A stretch of 64,000 nucleotides of DNA, taken from Octopus sinensis (lineage: Eukaryota). Both the position numbers and the translations under genes were made by a program. Location: contig NW_021835988.1 of NCBI RefSeq assembly GCF_006345805.1, forward strand, positions 248,001 to 312,000, given 5' to 3'. Below, piece after piece: positions 46,218-59,663 of the stretch; positions within the stretch are counted from its first letter, which is position 1; the number at the start of each line of letters is the position of its first letter. The notes beneath the pieces are model-generated. The model saw only the letters and a program-made list of their open reading frames with translations. It had not been told where the DNA came from and searched no databases.

Positions 46218-48454
46218 TTATCGATGATTAGCCTTAAATCTTCTCTTTCCACTTAACAAGTGCTTTGGTCTCAGATTAGGGACATGTCTATCTCCCTCTC
46301 CCTTCCTAGACTCCAAAGCCATTTTCCTTTGTGCACATCTCTGCATTTTAGTGACCACGCGATAGGCCGCCTCATCCTTAAGTCCACTCATATCTCGACC
46401 AGGTCTCTTGACTAATGCCCGACCCCCCTCAGCCTTCTCACCAGCACTCAAGGTCACAGCCCTTCGATTCACATTTGACGAATTCCTCAGTTTTTTGAAC
46501 TATAATAAATATAAATACGCTCACTATTGTGGGGTCATAGGCCTCGCTTCCTCTTCTCATTCTCTTTTCGAGACTCCTCAATTCGAGTCTGTGGAGTGCT
46601 CGTGGAGTCTTTCGTTTGATGGTCCTCTTCACTCGTCCTTTCTGGATTAACAAATTCTTTTGTATTTTGATCCTAATTACTAATATGCCAAAATCAAACT
46701 GTTTTGCTGTGGCACGAATCTTCTTTGTGTCTTCGTCCTCACTTTCTGAACTATCATAAAACCCCGCTTTTTCCCTCAACTCCTCCTCTGTGTTGAGTTG
46801 TTCCAATCTCTACCACTCATTCCCATCAGTAACTACCTTAAATATAAAGGGATCCACAAAATCAGCCACATTATGACCATTATAAAACTCCGGAATTACA
46901 TCATACTTGTACTCCTCTGGCAAATCATAATTCTCTACAAACAATAACCACAAAACTACTTTTAAAATCAATAAAATAATCATCTCCCATTTCCCGTTCA
47001 ATGTCCTTTTCTAATCGCTTAGAAGCTTCCGGTTTTATGACCTCAGGGATGTAAGGGAGTCTCAACTACAAACCATTTGTGGCATTAACCTTGTCATCAC
47101 GCGGAATAGGCTCTGCCACGTGTACTCGGCTGACCAAATCAGCCCCTTTTGAGTTGATTTTGGCTTCAACTCTCATCTCCAATAATCGGTCACACGCCTC
47201 TCCCTTTACTTGTTCTATCCCCTCTCCACTAATCGTGCTCATTTGAAGGACAGTTCCCTCAAACTTGGAGATCACACTCTGATATATATTTACTATAAGG
47301 ACAGTACTCTTCTTTCGTCATCTAGTTGTTCCAATGGACACAAATCAGTCTTATTTGCACATACTAAGACCGGCTTGCCTTGGAAAAGTGGTTTTATATT
47401 CTCGTACAGTTCAAACTACAGTTATTTAGATGTTTTACTTGCTGAGAGAGGGAATATCCACAGGACTCGGATGGGTCGATCATGTATATTACTGATGCCT
47501 TCAGGTGAGCCAAAGCAGTCACTGCCTGCATTTCGATTGTGTTCCTTTCCTCCAATGCATGGTCCAGTATTCCCGGAGTATCAATCACCTTAATTAATTA
47601 TCACATATTATTTAATTAATTATTATTTTATAAACTAATTTTATAATAATAAAATAATTATAGTATGGCGAACCTGCCATCTAAGATAGTTATAGTCTGT
47701 GTGGCCTACGTAAAGGGACTTGGTGGTAAAGGCATAACTCTGTACTTCTACATCAGCTCTGGTTATCTAGGAATAAATAGACATTACTCACAGTGTTAAG
47801 AAAACTGGATTTGCCCACATTGGGATACCCACATATGATCAAAGTCCGAGTACTGGGGTCAATTGTGGGAAGTCTACTGAGATGTTGTCTAACCTGCTCG
47901 AGGTATTCCAGAGAGGAGGACTGTCTTCTTATAATAGTCACCATTCTACATTGATATTCCAGACACCACAACCTCCCAAGTCCCGCTCTTTTGAGTTGCT
48001 TACATCGGAAAAGAGAATCTGCGAGTTTGACAAGTCTGGTGTAGTCACGTGCAACACTGAGGTGGTGATAAAGTAAATAAACTTGTCGATTAAATTCTTT
48101 GCAGTGTTGATCTGTCCGAGTGCTAGTTTATAGTGATCTCGGTCGTATAGAATGTTCATTAGGTCTGTGTAGAATGGATGTACTTCCTTTGTGTGTTATA
48201 AAATGGGTACATCGAGTTTGGGGAATTGGGAGATTATTGCTGTTAGGCGGTCGTGGAAATTTTGTTGGGTGAATTTGATTTTACGGAGATAAAATTGACG
48301 GATTTTTGTTAGTTTTTCTCGTTTATGGACTACTGTTGGTGTTTTTCTCTGTGTTTTGGAAAGGGTAAAGTCGATAAAATTCTGTTTTATTTATTCTGCT
48401 TTATACTTTTGCTGATGGAACTACTGTTATGCCTCGGAAGTTATAACCCACCAT
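46218..48454 (-). CDS. NOG1: Nucleolar GTP-binding protein 1 (NOG1/GTPBP4)
   Basis: About 13 GT-AG introns, mostly 20-29 nt. Frame [16 protein letters not shown]|[20 protein letters not shown]...[11 protein letters not shown]...YAFTTKSL...VIDTPGILD...ANKTD...[17 protein letters not shown]. No lesions seen in the exons traced. Confidence 0.93.
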
Positions 48455-49099
48455 GTCAACACGTGTGACACAAATAAAATTTATTATTTAAATATTTATA
48501 TAAAAATGAATTAATGTTAAAATAATTGAAGCTTTCAATATTATTTAGGATAATCAGTTGCGATCTAGAATGCAATGTCTGTGCGTCAGAACTTTTGAAA
48601 TCAGGTTTGTTGTACACAGAAGATCGACAAATGTATTCTTAGAGTATAATATTGTTCTCTATAGAGGAAAAAAACTGCTGGTATTAGTTGACTTCACCGC
48701 AGAATTCGCCTTATGAGCCCTAAATACAAAGATAAAATTAAACTATTTTATGAAAATGATGTAGACTTTATATCTACTGACAAGGAAATATCAAATTCTA
48801 CTTAAAGTACAAACTATTTTGAATAAATGGAATATGCGAATAATATTTTAACAACTGACTATATACGAATCGAACGGACTAAGTCAAGAAATGATGAATG
48901 CTGAAGTACACAAAAAACCCAAATCACTACTAAATGATGCTTATAATATTTATCAAAAAATGCTGGCTTTCATATACTTTACAAAATGTACAACATCTGA
49001 CTCAGAAAAAAACATATATCACTGAAACTTAGAATGAGAAAATACAATAAGTTTAGTTTGTTAGTAGTCTCAAACTCTGACATGCAGAAAACCAGCGGT

Positions 49100-49700
49100 T
49101 ATTAAACGGGGCACGATGTGGGACGGTCGCTCCCAGAAATCCTGAAATGATACGTGTGGTAACGACTTTTCCGGTGGTCTAAAACAGAAGAACAAATGGT
49201 GGACGGAAATCGGATTGGACTTACACACGTGGCAAAGACTTTTTTCTGTTTTTTCCCTATGTAATCACTTCCAAGGCAGGGGTGATGCCCGCTGCGAAGT
49301 CTTACGAGGAACACACGTTTTTTTCTTAGCAATGGTAATTCTAATTTCCTGGGGAGGTTCTTAGAGTATTTTGTTTAGTGATAGTCTCGGAATGGCTCTC
49401 ATGGAAATAAAGTCGTATATTAATGCCGATCTTTTTTTATCTGTTTCCTAAAAGGATTTTCAACAGAATTCTTTCCAGATCAGCACAAGTAGCACGTATT
49501 TTCTTTTTTTTTGGTGGATTTGGGAAGATTGTGAGGCGGGTGGTAAGCAGCCGAGGAGTCATCCAAAAATTGGAACCCATGCATTTCAAGAGGTGACTAA
49601 TAGGGGAAGATTTTAAACATCCGATCATCGTTCTGAGCCCAGAATTCTGTACTTGTTGTAAGTTCTCAAATGATGTGAAAGAGACCTACGGAGATTAGCA
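49100..49700 (-). mobile_element. Degenerate LINE 3' fragment
   Basis: RVFLVRLRSGHHPCL followed by a Cys/His finger remnant (C..NP.SVHHLFFC-like), typical of the Jockey/I/R1 C-terminus. Confidence 0.55.
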
Positions 49701-50545
49701 AGAGAAGGCATAGTTCATTGTTATTTGAATAAATTGTTTTTATATCAGTTTTAAACTTTCCATGGCTTTTTCAAAAGAATAACCAGAAACTGTATGTGGT
49801 GCGTCCAGGTTGTGCCTGGCTTTGATACATATTGTATTCACGTTGGTAGAAAAACACAGAAATTAATCATAAGTGATACCCAAAATTTTGGGGTTTTTTG
49901 TTGTGGCTAATTTTCAAATAAAAGAGTTAGGGTTCATAACTAAGTTTACGTTTTTTAGTCGTCAAGAGCAGTGATTTTCAATCTTTTTTACTCGTCGCCC
50001 CTTTTGAACTTTCATTCCCCAACCAAATATTTCATCGCCTCAAAATTATCATTGTGATGTATTAATATAAAAAAATTTTTAATTTCGATAAATGGTTTTG
50101 TCTGAAGCAATAAAAAATCTTTTAACAAACTCGGAGCTATATTTATTAGACTATGTCAAATACACCGTGCAACCGAATAATGGAAAATTATTTTCGCACT
50201 GAAAATAATGAATTCAGAGCAAGACCCAAAACCTCATTTCAACTTGTTGTCCGTAAGCGAAGATGGCATGGAGGGTGGCCGAAATGCATGGTTTAAGCGA
50301 AACCATTTGTGAGATACGCGTAAAAATGCAAGTAGAAAAATCGATGATATAACTTCACTAATAAAAAAGTATAGTATTTATTTGTTGAAACTTTTTATTG
50401 GAGACATGTTAATAAATTTTTTCTAAGATTAATACATTTTCTTATTTTATTGTATTGACTATAATTATTAAAGAAAATATATTTAAACGTCAAACCAACA
50501 GTATAAAGAATTAATACACTTTCAAATATTTTTAAAGATTAGAGA

Positions 50546-52129
50546 ATGAAAATTTTCGTTATCATTTTAATTGTATTTTACATCGGATGCAACTATATAA
50601 ATTTTCCTCGAATTTCAAGCGACGAACCTTTAATTCTCACTGACTACTTAAATAAAGGACAAGGAGAATTGGCTAGGGAATTGAGCAGAGTTGAACCTTT
50701 TATAGGAAATGTTGAACTCTACGCTGGTTTTTTCAGAGTAAGCACTGAATGTGAAAGAAATACATATTTTTGGTATTTTCCAGCAGAGGTTTAATTATTT
50801 TTTTGATCACAAAAGAACGGAAACACATCAGCACCCATTCTAGTTTGGTTGCAAGGTGGACCCGGAGCCTCTTCGATATACGGCGCTTTTGTAGAAAATG
50901 GTCCCTACTTTATTGATTTAAACAACGAATGTAATTTAATTTTGATTAGCTTTACAGTAAAATTAAGGGAAATCTCGTGGACAAAAGAATTTAACGTTCT
51001 TTACATTGATAATCCTGTATATTTTAAATAATTATTTCAGGTCGGAGCTGGTTTTAGTTTTACAGATGAAGAATGTTATCTGACAAACGAAGAACAAGTC
51101 GGTTATTATTTAACAATGTAATCTTATCAAATTGACACGAGTTAGTTTTATGCAACAATTTTATCTGCTTTTCCCAGAGTTGAGGATTAATCCCCTTTAC
51201 ATTACTGGAGAATCTTATGCCGGGAAATATATTCCCGCGATGGTTTCAGCAATAGATCAATATAACTGGAACAATCCAACGCCAATTAATTTAGTTGGAA
51301 TGGCAATTGGAGACGGTCTTTGTGATCCTTATAATGTAAGTATTTTTTAGTTATAAAAAAGATGTTTGACTTTGGAACATATCTGTATAATATTGGACTT
51401 ATTTTCGATAATCAAATTGGCAAATTTGATGATTTGAACTTTTTGACACGTCAGAACATTGAAGCTAAAAATTTTTATCGCAGCAGTGAGGTTTTTTTTA
51501 TTGAATAAAACCAGTATTTTGATAAAATATTCGAACTATTCTATGAACTAACTGGTCTTACTGACTATTATAATTATATACTCGACGAGGTTTTATTTAA
51601 ATAATTTATAAGTTTAGGAAGTTCCTCATCAAAATTATGTTGATTTCGTGAACAATAACTCTCGTCGATTAAACGCAGGAAATTTAACTTATTGTGACAT
51701 TTGCGATCTTCCCTATCGGAAGCTATATGAAGATATCTCCAAATCAATGGCCCCCACAATACAAAATATCCTCGATGCAGGCTATAAAGTAATTTAAATT
51801 ATTATTATCAGACTCTCTTTTATTCCGGACAAGTTGACGTAATCGTACCCTATATTGCGACCAGTGCATTTTTAAGAGAACTTAATTGGACTAGAAAGAA
51901 AGAATTTTCAAATGCTCCTCAACAAATTTGGTACTCGGCAAACGGTTCAAGAGTGAATGGATATTATAAAACTGCCGGAAATTTAATGCAGTTAATCGTG
52001 AGAGATTCTGGACATATGGTTCCAACGGATCAGCCAGAAGCAGGATTTGAAATGCTTAAGCTCTTCATCTATGGGTTTGATCAATTATTTTTTTCCTGGT
52101 TTTTGGTTTACATTAACATATTTCAATAG
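50546..52129 (+). CDS. Serine carboxypeptidase, CPVL/vitellogenic-like (peptidase S10)
   Basis: Signal peptide, EPLILTDYL...YAGFF...WYFPAE, WLQGGPGASS, YIDNP|VGAGFSF, catalytic GESYAG, GQVDVIVP and SGHMVPTDQP. Eight GT-AG introns of about 23-28 nt keep the frame. Confidence 0.92.
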
Positions 52130-53109
52130 TAATTTACTGATTAATTAACTATTTTCTGATAATTCATCTAATCTTATCGTTTAAAAAATTTTTTGGTTAT
52201 CTTATCATCTATTTAATTCTTGAGATATGAAATTTTTTGAAAATTATCTCAAATATTAGATGACTCTTTTCTTTGTGAAATTTATAACTACACAAATTTG
52301 TTATTTTTTGTAATTCGTATATCTATTTTAATTTACTGATTCTATTATCCGTCGAACGTATTCACTAGTTAACTCAAACAACCCTTCAATGTTTAGAGCC
52401 AAATTATAATTATTTAACGGGGCTTGTGGTACATTTTCCCGTAAATTCATTTTACAATATCACCAGTATTCTCACTCTCAGAGTCCTTACACTCTCTGGA
52501 TCCATTCGACCAACACAGTGAAATGTGGTCTTTGATTCATTTCGGTTATACGAAAGTGTAAAAGACCCCTACTAGTCTGATCCAGTGGATACTTCATGTT
52601 CTAGTAGCATGCTAATTTAACGCGTAAATAAAATCATTCGTGTGGAAATTCCCGATATAAATAAGTGGCGGAGACAGTTTCCCAAAACTAATAACGACCA
52701 ACGACTTAGTCCTCCTTCTTACATTGTCTGGATTCGACAGACGCATCTGATTAGCATTTTCCGAAATATGAACACTTCGGAAGACGGAAATGTCACCCAA
52801 CTGTCCTTTAATTGTATCATTTAAATGCAGTCGACAGTAAAATGACTATATTAAGGGGAATGGACTGCCTTATAAGGAAAAAATGCAATCAATCATTCCT
52901 CGCGAACTCAACATGGTGCCAGTTTTAACAGTTTCGAACATAGCATTCCAATGAATACACAATACAATAGTCTTTAATTAATCCCTAAATAAATCAACAT
53001 GGATTAAAAAATTCGCCACAGTCTCGACTTATAGTTTAGTGACGCAGGACAGTGCATGTGAGGATAGCAATGCAATAAGCACAACGAATTATATTATCCT
53101 ACTGGACAA

Positions 53110-53350
53110 GAATTTTTTAAGTATTGCAATTTCCCTTCGTATCGAGGTGAAGATCTGCAAAGCCTACAAATGCCTCTGTGGGGGAACTGTTAACGAATAC
53201 AGTTTGCACCATCTTGCTTGCTGTCGGAGTGGTGGGCGTGCACCTCGTCACAACGAAATCAACGTTATCTTACAGAGAGCCCATGTTACCGGTAATGTCC
53301 GGTCAATTCTCGAATCAGTTAGACTTAATAGAGGAGACGGAAAACGTCCT
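53110..53350 (+). mobile_element. CRE-like zinc-finger/RLE fragment (third subfamily)
   Basis: IAISLRIEVKICKAYKCLCGG...HHLACCRSGGRAPRHNEINVILQRA...RGDGKRP. Confidence 0.75.
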
Positions 53351-53714
53351 GTCTTTCGCTTTAATCTCAAAAATAGCGTCGCTATTCGCAAGGCTTGTCG
53401 AGCGACTTGTGAAGCCGTAACCATATTAACTCAGTCGTTTGTCCTTTTGTCGAATATAAAAAATCATCTATCCTTAAAAAAGATATTTTTTCAAAATGTA
53501 ATAAAAAAAATTCGACCAAATTTTGGAAAAGAAAAGATATAAAGTCAAGCATCACTCGGAAATCTTTTCTTTTGTTGATGAAAAAGTTTATATACGAAGA
53601 GACAGCCTAAGAATCCATTTTTTGTATTGAAGGCGCAGATCTACAATTACTAATGATTGAATTACTGGTTGTATCATGTAAAAATAGTCAACACACAATG
53701 GAAATTATCTATTA

Positions 53715-56700
53715 CTAGCTCGGCAGCTCGCTTCGCTCACCGCGACCTAGCTCCTGCGGAGGGCCTGTTTCATCAAACAACTATAAGTTTATGTAGATGT
53801 ATAAAACTACCTGGTTTAATGTAACCCTATTCTATCGCCTGTTGATAAACGATGTTTGTCGTCCGTCCTTCCTTGGCATATATGAATAAATTTTCTCTTC
53901 TGCCTACCCTCGAGCATCCCACATACAGCTGTCCATGTGAAAAGCACTCACTCTCTAAAAATAACCCAACTACCTTTAATGACTGTCCCTGGGCCTTGTT
54001 TATTGTCATTGCAAAACTCATCCTCAAAGGAAATTGCAGCCTTTTAAATCTAAATGGTAATTCATCAGAAATTATCGGAATTCGTGGAATATAAACATCC
54101 TCACCTCTATACTTACCTGTTAATATCGTCGCCTCTATTACGTTAGCCATCAAATTTTTGATAACTAACCTCGTTCCGTTGCATAATTTAGGTGGCGCAA
54201 GATTTCGTAATAAACCACTGGAACGCCTATCTTTAACTTTAAAAGATGATTCGGCATTCCAGAGGGATCTAAGGAGTTTAAAAATTAAATCCGGTTGAAT
54301 TTTTAGAAAATAACAAAAAAAATAAAAAAAACAAATAATTTAAAAACAAAAAAATAAAAAAAAAAAAAAAAACTTTAAAAATTTGTAAAATAGTATAAAC
54401 AAAAAAAATCTCTGCCGCCACGGCAACAACCTGTCTAATTTTTTTAACAGCCAATTAAGATAATGCTTAAGAGCCTTTATAGTCCGGAGATTTAGCTTAA
54501 TGACCTTGATTAGACAAACCACTGGCGGAAATGGGGCAGGCGGAGATGCGGCAAGCAGAGTAGCAGCAGCCAAAAAAGCGACACACAAAAAAGATTTAAT
54601 TAATTACCTTAAGCTGACCGTTTTTTCTTCAGCTTCGTTTTTCCTCCTTCGGTTATCTATTTAAAAAATTATTTTTGAATAATAAAAAATATTAGGAAAA
54701 AAGAGGCATACAGAAAATAAATTCTATCTTTACGAAAAACTTCTTTTCTTAAGGTCGTCTTCCCTCCTTCAGTTATCTATTGAAAAAATTATTTTTGAAT
54801 AATAAAAAAGTTTAGGAAAAGAGGCATACCGAAAATAAATTCTATCTTTACGAAAAACTTAACTAAATAGTTAATATTTTTACGCAAATTCTTCTGATTG
54901 CGCTGTCAATTGGTGGTAAATTGTGTTAATGATTGTGCTAATGTGGTTTCAACTATCAAAGTGTTTGTCAAAATCTGTTAATTGCAGACTCTATTCAAGG
55001 TCGTGCAATCTGTAATTGCACATTCTGTCAAAGTCAAATATGATAATAGCTTTAATTTTGATTCATGGTCGATAATGATATATGCATTTAATTTTAAAGA
55101 GAAAATAATAGGATGAATTGAATTTCTTTATCGCGAATAATTGGGAGTTCATCATTGTTAATATTTTCGCTGTCGTTTTCATCAAGGATATTCTTAATAC
55201 GTGAGATTTTTGCCTCGAAGGTTTTAATGGACCTCATCATGAATGTCGAGGACATTAACGTTGTTCATTTTAATCAAATGCAGAAAATAATTTTTTGATT
55301 TTTTGGGGGGAAGGTTTTAAGGACCTCATCATGTAAGTCGAGGACATCGTAGTTGTTCATTTTAACCAAAATGCAGAAAATTTTTTTTTAATTTTTTTTG
55401 GGGGAAGGTTTTAAGGACCTCATCATGTAAGTCGAGGACATCGTAGTTGTTCATTTTAACCAAAATGCAGAAAATTTTTTTTTAATTTTTTTTGGGGGGA
55501 AGGTTTTAAGGACCTCATCATGTAAGTCGAGGACATCGTAGTTGTTCATTTTAACCAAAATGCAGAAAATTTTTTTTTAATTTTTTTTGGGGGGAAGGTT
55601 TTAAGGACCTCATCATGTAAGTCGAGGACATCGTAGTTGTTCATTTTAACCAAAATGCAGAAAATTTTTTTTTAATTTTTTTTGGGGGAAGGTTTTAAGG
55701 ACCTCATCATGTAAGTCGAGGACATCGTAGTTGTTCATTTTAACCAAAATGCAGAAAATGTTTTTTTAATTTTTTTTTGGGGGGAAGGTTTTAAGGACCT
55801 CATCATGTAAGTCGAGGACATCGTAGTTGTTCATTTTAACCAAAATGCAGAAAATTTTTTTTTAATTTTTTTTTGGGGGAAGGTTTTAAGGACCTCATCA
55901 TGTAAGTCGAGGACATCGTAGTTGTTCATTTTAACCAAAATGCAGAAAATGTTTTTTTAATTTTTTTTTGGGGGAAGGTTTTAAGGACCTCATCATGTAA
56001 GTCGAGGACATCGTAGTTGTTCATTTTAACCAAAATGCAGAAAATGTTTTTTTAATTTTTTTTTGGGGGAAGGTTTTAAGGACCTCATCATGTAAGTCGA
56101 GGACATCGTAGTTGTTCATTTTAACCAAAATGCAGAAAATGTTTTTTTAATTTTTTTTTGGGGGAAGGTTTTAAGGACCTCATCATGTAAGTCGAGGACA
56201 TCGTAGTTGTTCATTTTAACCAAAATGCAGAAAATGTTTTTTTAATTTTTTTTTGGGGGAAGGTTTTAAGGACCTCATCATGTAAGTCGAGGACATCGTA
56301 GTTGTTCATTTTAACCAAAATGCAGAAAATTTTTTTTTAATTTTTTTTTGGGGGGAAGGTTTTAAGGACCTCATCATGTAAGTCGAGGACATCGTAGTTG
56401 TTCATTTTAACCAAAATGCAGAAAATTTTTTTTTAATTTTTTTTTGGGGGAAGGTTTTAAGGACCTCATCATGTAAGTCGAGGACATCGTAGTTGTTCAT
56501 TTTAACCAAAATGCAGAAAATGTTTTTTTAATTTTTTTTGGGGGAAGGTTTTAAGGACCTCATCATGTAAGTCGAGGACATCGTAGTTGTTCATTTTAAC
56601 CAAAATGCAGAAAATGTTTTTTTAATTTTTTTTGGGGGAAGGTTTTAAGGACCTCATCATGTAAGTCGAGGACATCGTAGTTGTTCATTTTAACCAAAAT

Positions 56701-56847
56701 GCAGAAAATGTTTTTTTAATTTTTTTTTGGGGGGAAGGTTTAAAGGACCTCATCATGTAAGTCGAGGACATCGTATTGCCAATTTGAAGTTGGTGTGCAC
56801 ACACAGACAGACAGACAGACACACACCATACCATTTTATTATTAAGA
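53715..56847 (-). mobile_element. Non-autonomous Helitron, copy 2 (inverted relative to copy 1)
   Basis: Reverse complement of 4779-6974: CTAG|T end at 53715, PIF1 fragment at about 53827-54290, the same internal segments, microsatellite, and TCTTAATAATAAAATGG start at 56847. Confidence 0.88.
55215..56776 (-). repeat. Tandem array of ~95-bp units inside Helitron copy 2 (about 16 units plus 1 diverged unit)
   Basis: GTCGAGGACA recurs 17 times from 55245 to 56761 at about 92-96-bp spacing. Confidence 0.95.
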
Positions 56848-57829
56848 AATAAAATTGAAGGAAATCCATTATTTAGGATTCTATCTGCTCAAACACATTC
56901 TCGCATAGAAATCTACGTCTTTTTTATTAAAAATGGAGTTTCACACTTCGGAATAACAATTTACGTCTTTTTTTATTAAAACGGCGTCACGTCCGGTTTG
57001 TTTTAAGTGTTAACTCGTAATTATTAAATATAAATGAATTTACACCTGCTCTCAGTGGTATTGAGTTTGTTTTCGTATACACCAAAATCTCTTCAGCTGT
57101 TTTGGACACTTTAACACAGTATTTTCTAGGGATTGTAATTTTTTTACCAACTTACTAGTTTGATCTAGTCGATGTAAGTGGATTTGAAAAAGGGAAATTT
57201 TGACCATGCCTACTCCGTTGAGTGCCTGAGAAGACTCCTTTGTGGTTTATAAAATTTGTTGCAACTGTGATGGACAGATGGAATGTGCATCTACTAATTC
57301 TTTACATCAAATTTCTTGAAGTTACAAGAATTAAGCAACAAAGGAATTTCTAACTCTTGTAAATTCAGTAGATTGACAACTATCTTAATTGATTATTAAA
57401 AATTTTATCATTTACAAAAGTGTAATTATTGAACTCCATTTAAAGGGAAATAGAAAGGACTGAGGAAAATGAATTTGTTGGAGAAAGTGGATTTGATCTA
57501 GTATATACATCCGACTAGGTGAATGTGGATAGTCAAGACATTTGAGTCCGCACTAGGACATTTACTGTTTTATATCTGAAATACTTTTTTAGAAATTTGG
57601 AAATTTTTATGACAAATTAGGTTTTTTTATTGAAGGTATAAGTAAAATAAGATTAATGTTTAAACTTTCTAGACATAAACCGATCCATTTTAATTTTTGT
57701 TAACCTTGTCCGAAATTTGTGTGTCAAATTTTGTATCTCAATTCTTTTATTTTTTACAACTTAGATTTTATTATATCAAATTTTTTAAAAAAAAGATCAA
57801 CAACAGAGTCAGGGAACATAAGCTTGACG

Positions 57830-58440
57830 CTCGTCCCGTAGCAACTACCAACCAAACCGTTGACAGGTTGGTTGGCAAGGGGAAAAGGTTGGTTCTGTTT
57901 GTTACTGAAGGAGAATCAGCATCTAATCATCTCCACGAGGAGGTGAACCACATGACGAGACCATTTTGAAATGCTCGTGCTACAATTTCTTGTCAAATGC
58001 CGAACGCCAAATCACTCCGCCTACTTTCTTTGGCACTCCTCTAATAACAGGAAAATAATTCCGGCCCTCGCGGACAAAATCTGCATGCTTAAACCATTTC
58101 CTCCGACAATAACCAGAAGAAAATTCACAACTTGGTAGCTACGAAAACAATCAGATGTCTTGGAATAAACAAGCTTCTGGGACGCATTCCGCCACTAATA
58201 AACAACAACGAATCCTCCCTCTCGAGAGAAGCCCGAGTATTATCGTTGAAGAATAAGCCTTGCCGAATCCACGCATTCTCACTCTCTCAGTGACCTTTTC
58301 TCGTGTCCAGGCCCATTTTCTGCTTCCTCAAAACACCGGATCGCGATCGGGGATCCTTGGGAGCGTCCGACATTGGCAATTTCGTTCTTGTTAGCCACCG
58401 GTTTCCTTCAATTGAAGGGGCCGTGGGTAAATAAATAGGG
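57830..58440 (+). mobile_element. Jockey/I-like LINE 3' fragment
   Basis: NKLLGRIPPLINNNESSLSREARVL...SHSLSDLFSCP...DPWERPTLAISFL matches LINE C-terminal patterns. Confidence 0.6.
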
Positions 58441-59663
58441 TTGGTATGCATGGCTCTTCTATAACTGAACACCTGGACTCCAGTGCCGAAACTAGCACGG
58501 AACCTGTAAAAAGAACGACCATGGAGGATGTCCAGCCTCGTTCTGTTGATGAAAGTTCAAGCCTCTGGGAACGAACTCAAAATTGAATGCGTTAAAAACA
58601 ATTATTTCCTCTATTGATGTTAAAGATAGAAGAAGCTGTGCGGTATCAGTCCTTGAAGCTATCCATTCGAGGTTAGAACGTGTCCCCAGGTGTTGTTGGA
58701 ATGTCATACTGGAGAATTTTGATTCTAAATTTGGAGGTAAAATCTCCCAGTCCGAATATAGAAAGCTTGAATATTCCCTCAAAAGGCTGATCCTGATGTG
58801 GAGCAGTCGAACAAGATGGAGCAGAGCGGGTATGATGCAGGACTGTTCGCTTGCTGCAGGCTAACATTCGTGCAACAGTTGAAAAAAATATTCCTTCTGC
58901 ACAAAAAAGATTCCAGTGACATAAAAAAGAAAAGTAGAGAGACTTCGATCGATAGTTCCTTGTTGCCATCAATTAGGAATGCGTTATCATCTGTAGGCAC
59001 CAGCTCATTGACACTTTGTCAGTGTTCTAATGCTATAATACCAAACATCTTCTCTTATGTTCTACATCTGTATCTGGTATTATGATCATTGATGAGTTCC
59101 TCAATGAAAGTGCTGATGGTGCGTTGGTGGAAAGCTCTCCCAAGAGGAGAAAAATTCCAGGAGACGAGGATTATTGAGCTAACGTGATCATGAACACATT
59201 TTCCAACAAAACTTAGAATAACTTTTATTGGATTTTTTTCATTCTAATATCTCTCACGACCATCAGTTTAATCAGAAATGGATTGAATATCTTAAAACAT
59301 TTAATTGTTCATTAAACTAATTATCATAGACAAAAAATATTCACCACACGAAGAGAGTCGGAGAAAGGCAATGTTCACCCTGCTTTAAATATCAGGACAT
59401 TTTACAGTCACTGGATATGACTGAAAAATTCAGCCAAATTGCTCTTGAACATCCATTTTGACGAATACACCAATTTTAAAACACAATGTATAGATCTCTT
59501 CAACTTAATTATCCCGCTATAAATTATTAATCCATTCATAGTAAAAATGTCCACAGTTGAAATCAAGATACAAGGAATATGGGACATTTTATTTATTTAA
59601 ATTCTTAAAAGTTATTCGGTTGAGTTAGTGACGCAACTCTATTGCACAAAGTCTTAATCACAT

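Noticed and set aside
52420-52830. Moderately GC-rich stretch with short ORFs (possible exon relics)
   Set aside because: No consistent spliced frame or recognisable domain could be built.
55215-56776. CRISPR-like array
   Set aside because: The units are head-to-tail near-identical with no unique spacers. The context is eukaryotic, inside a Helitron, with no cas genes.
58480-59180. Possible Ulp1/C48 protease relic (EQSGYDAGLFA resembling Q.NGYDCG.F)
   Set aside because: A single weak motif lacking the catalytic Cys, no His/Asp context found, and broken frames.
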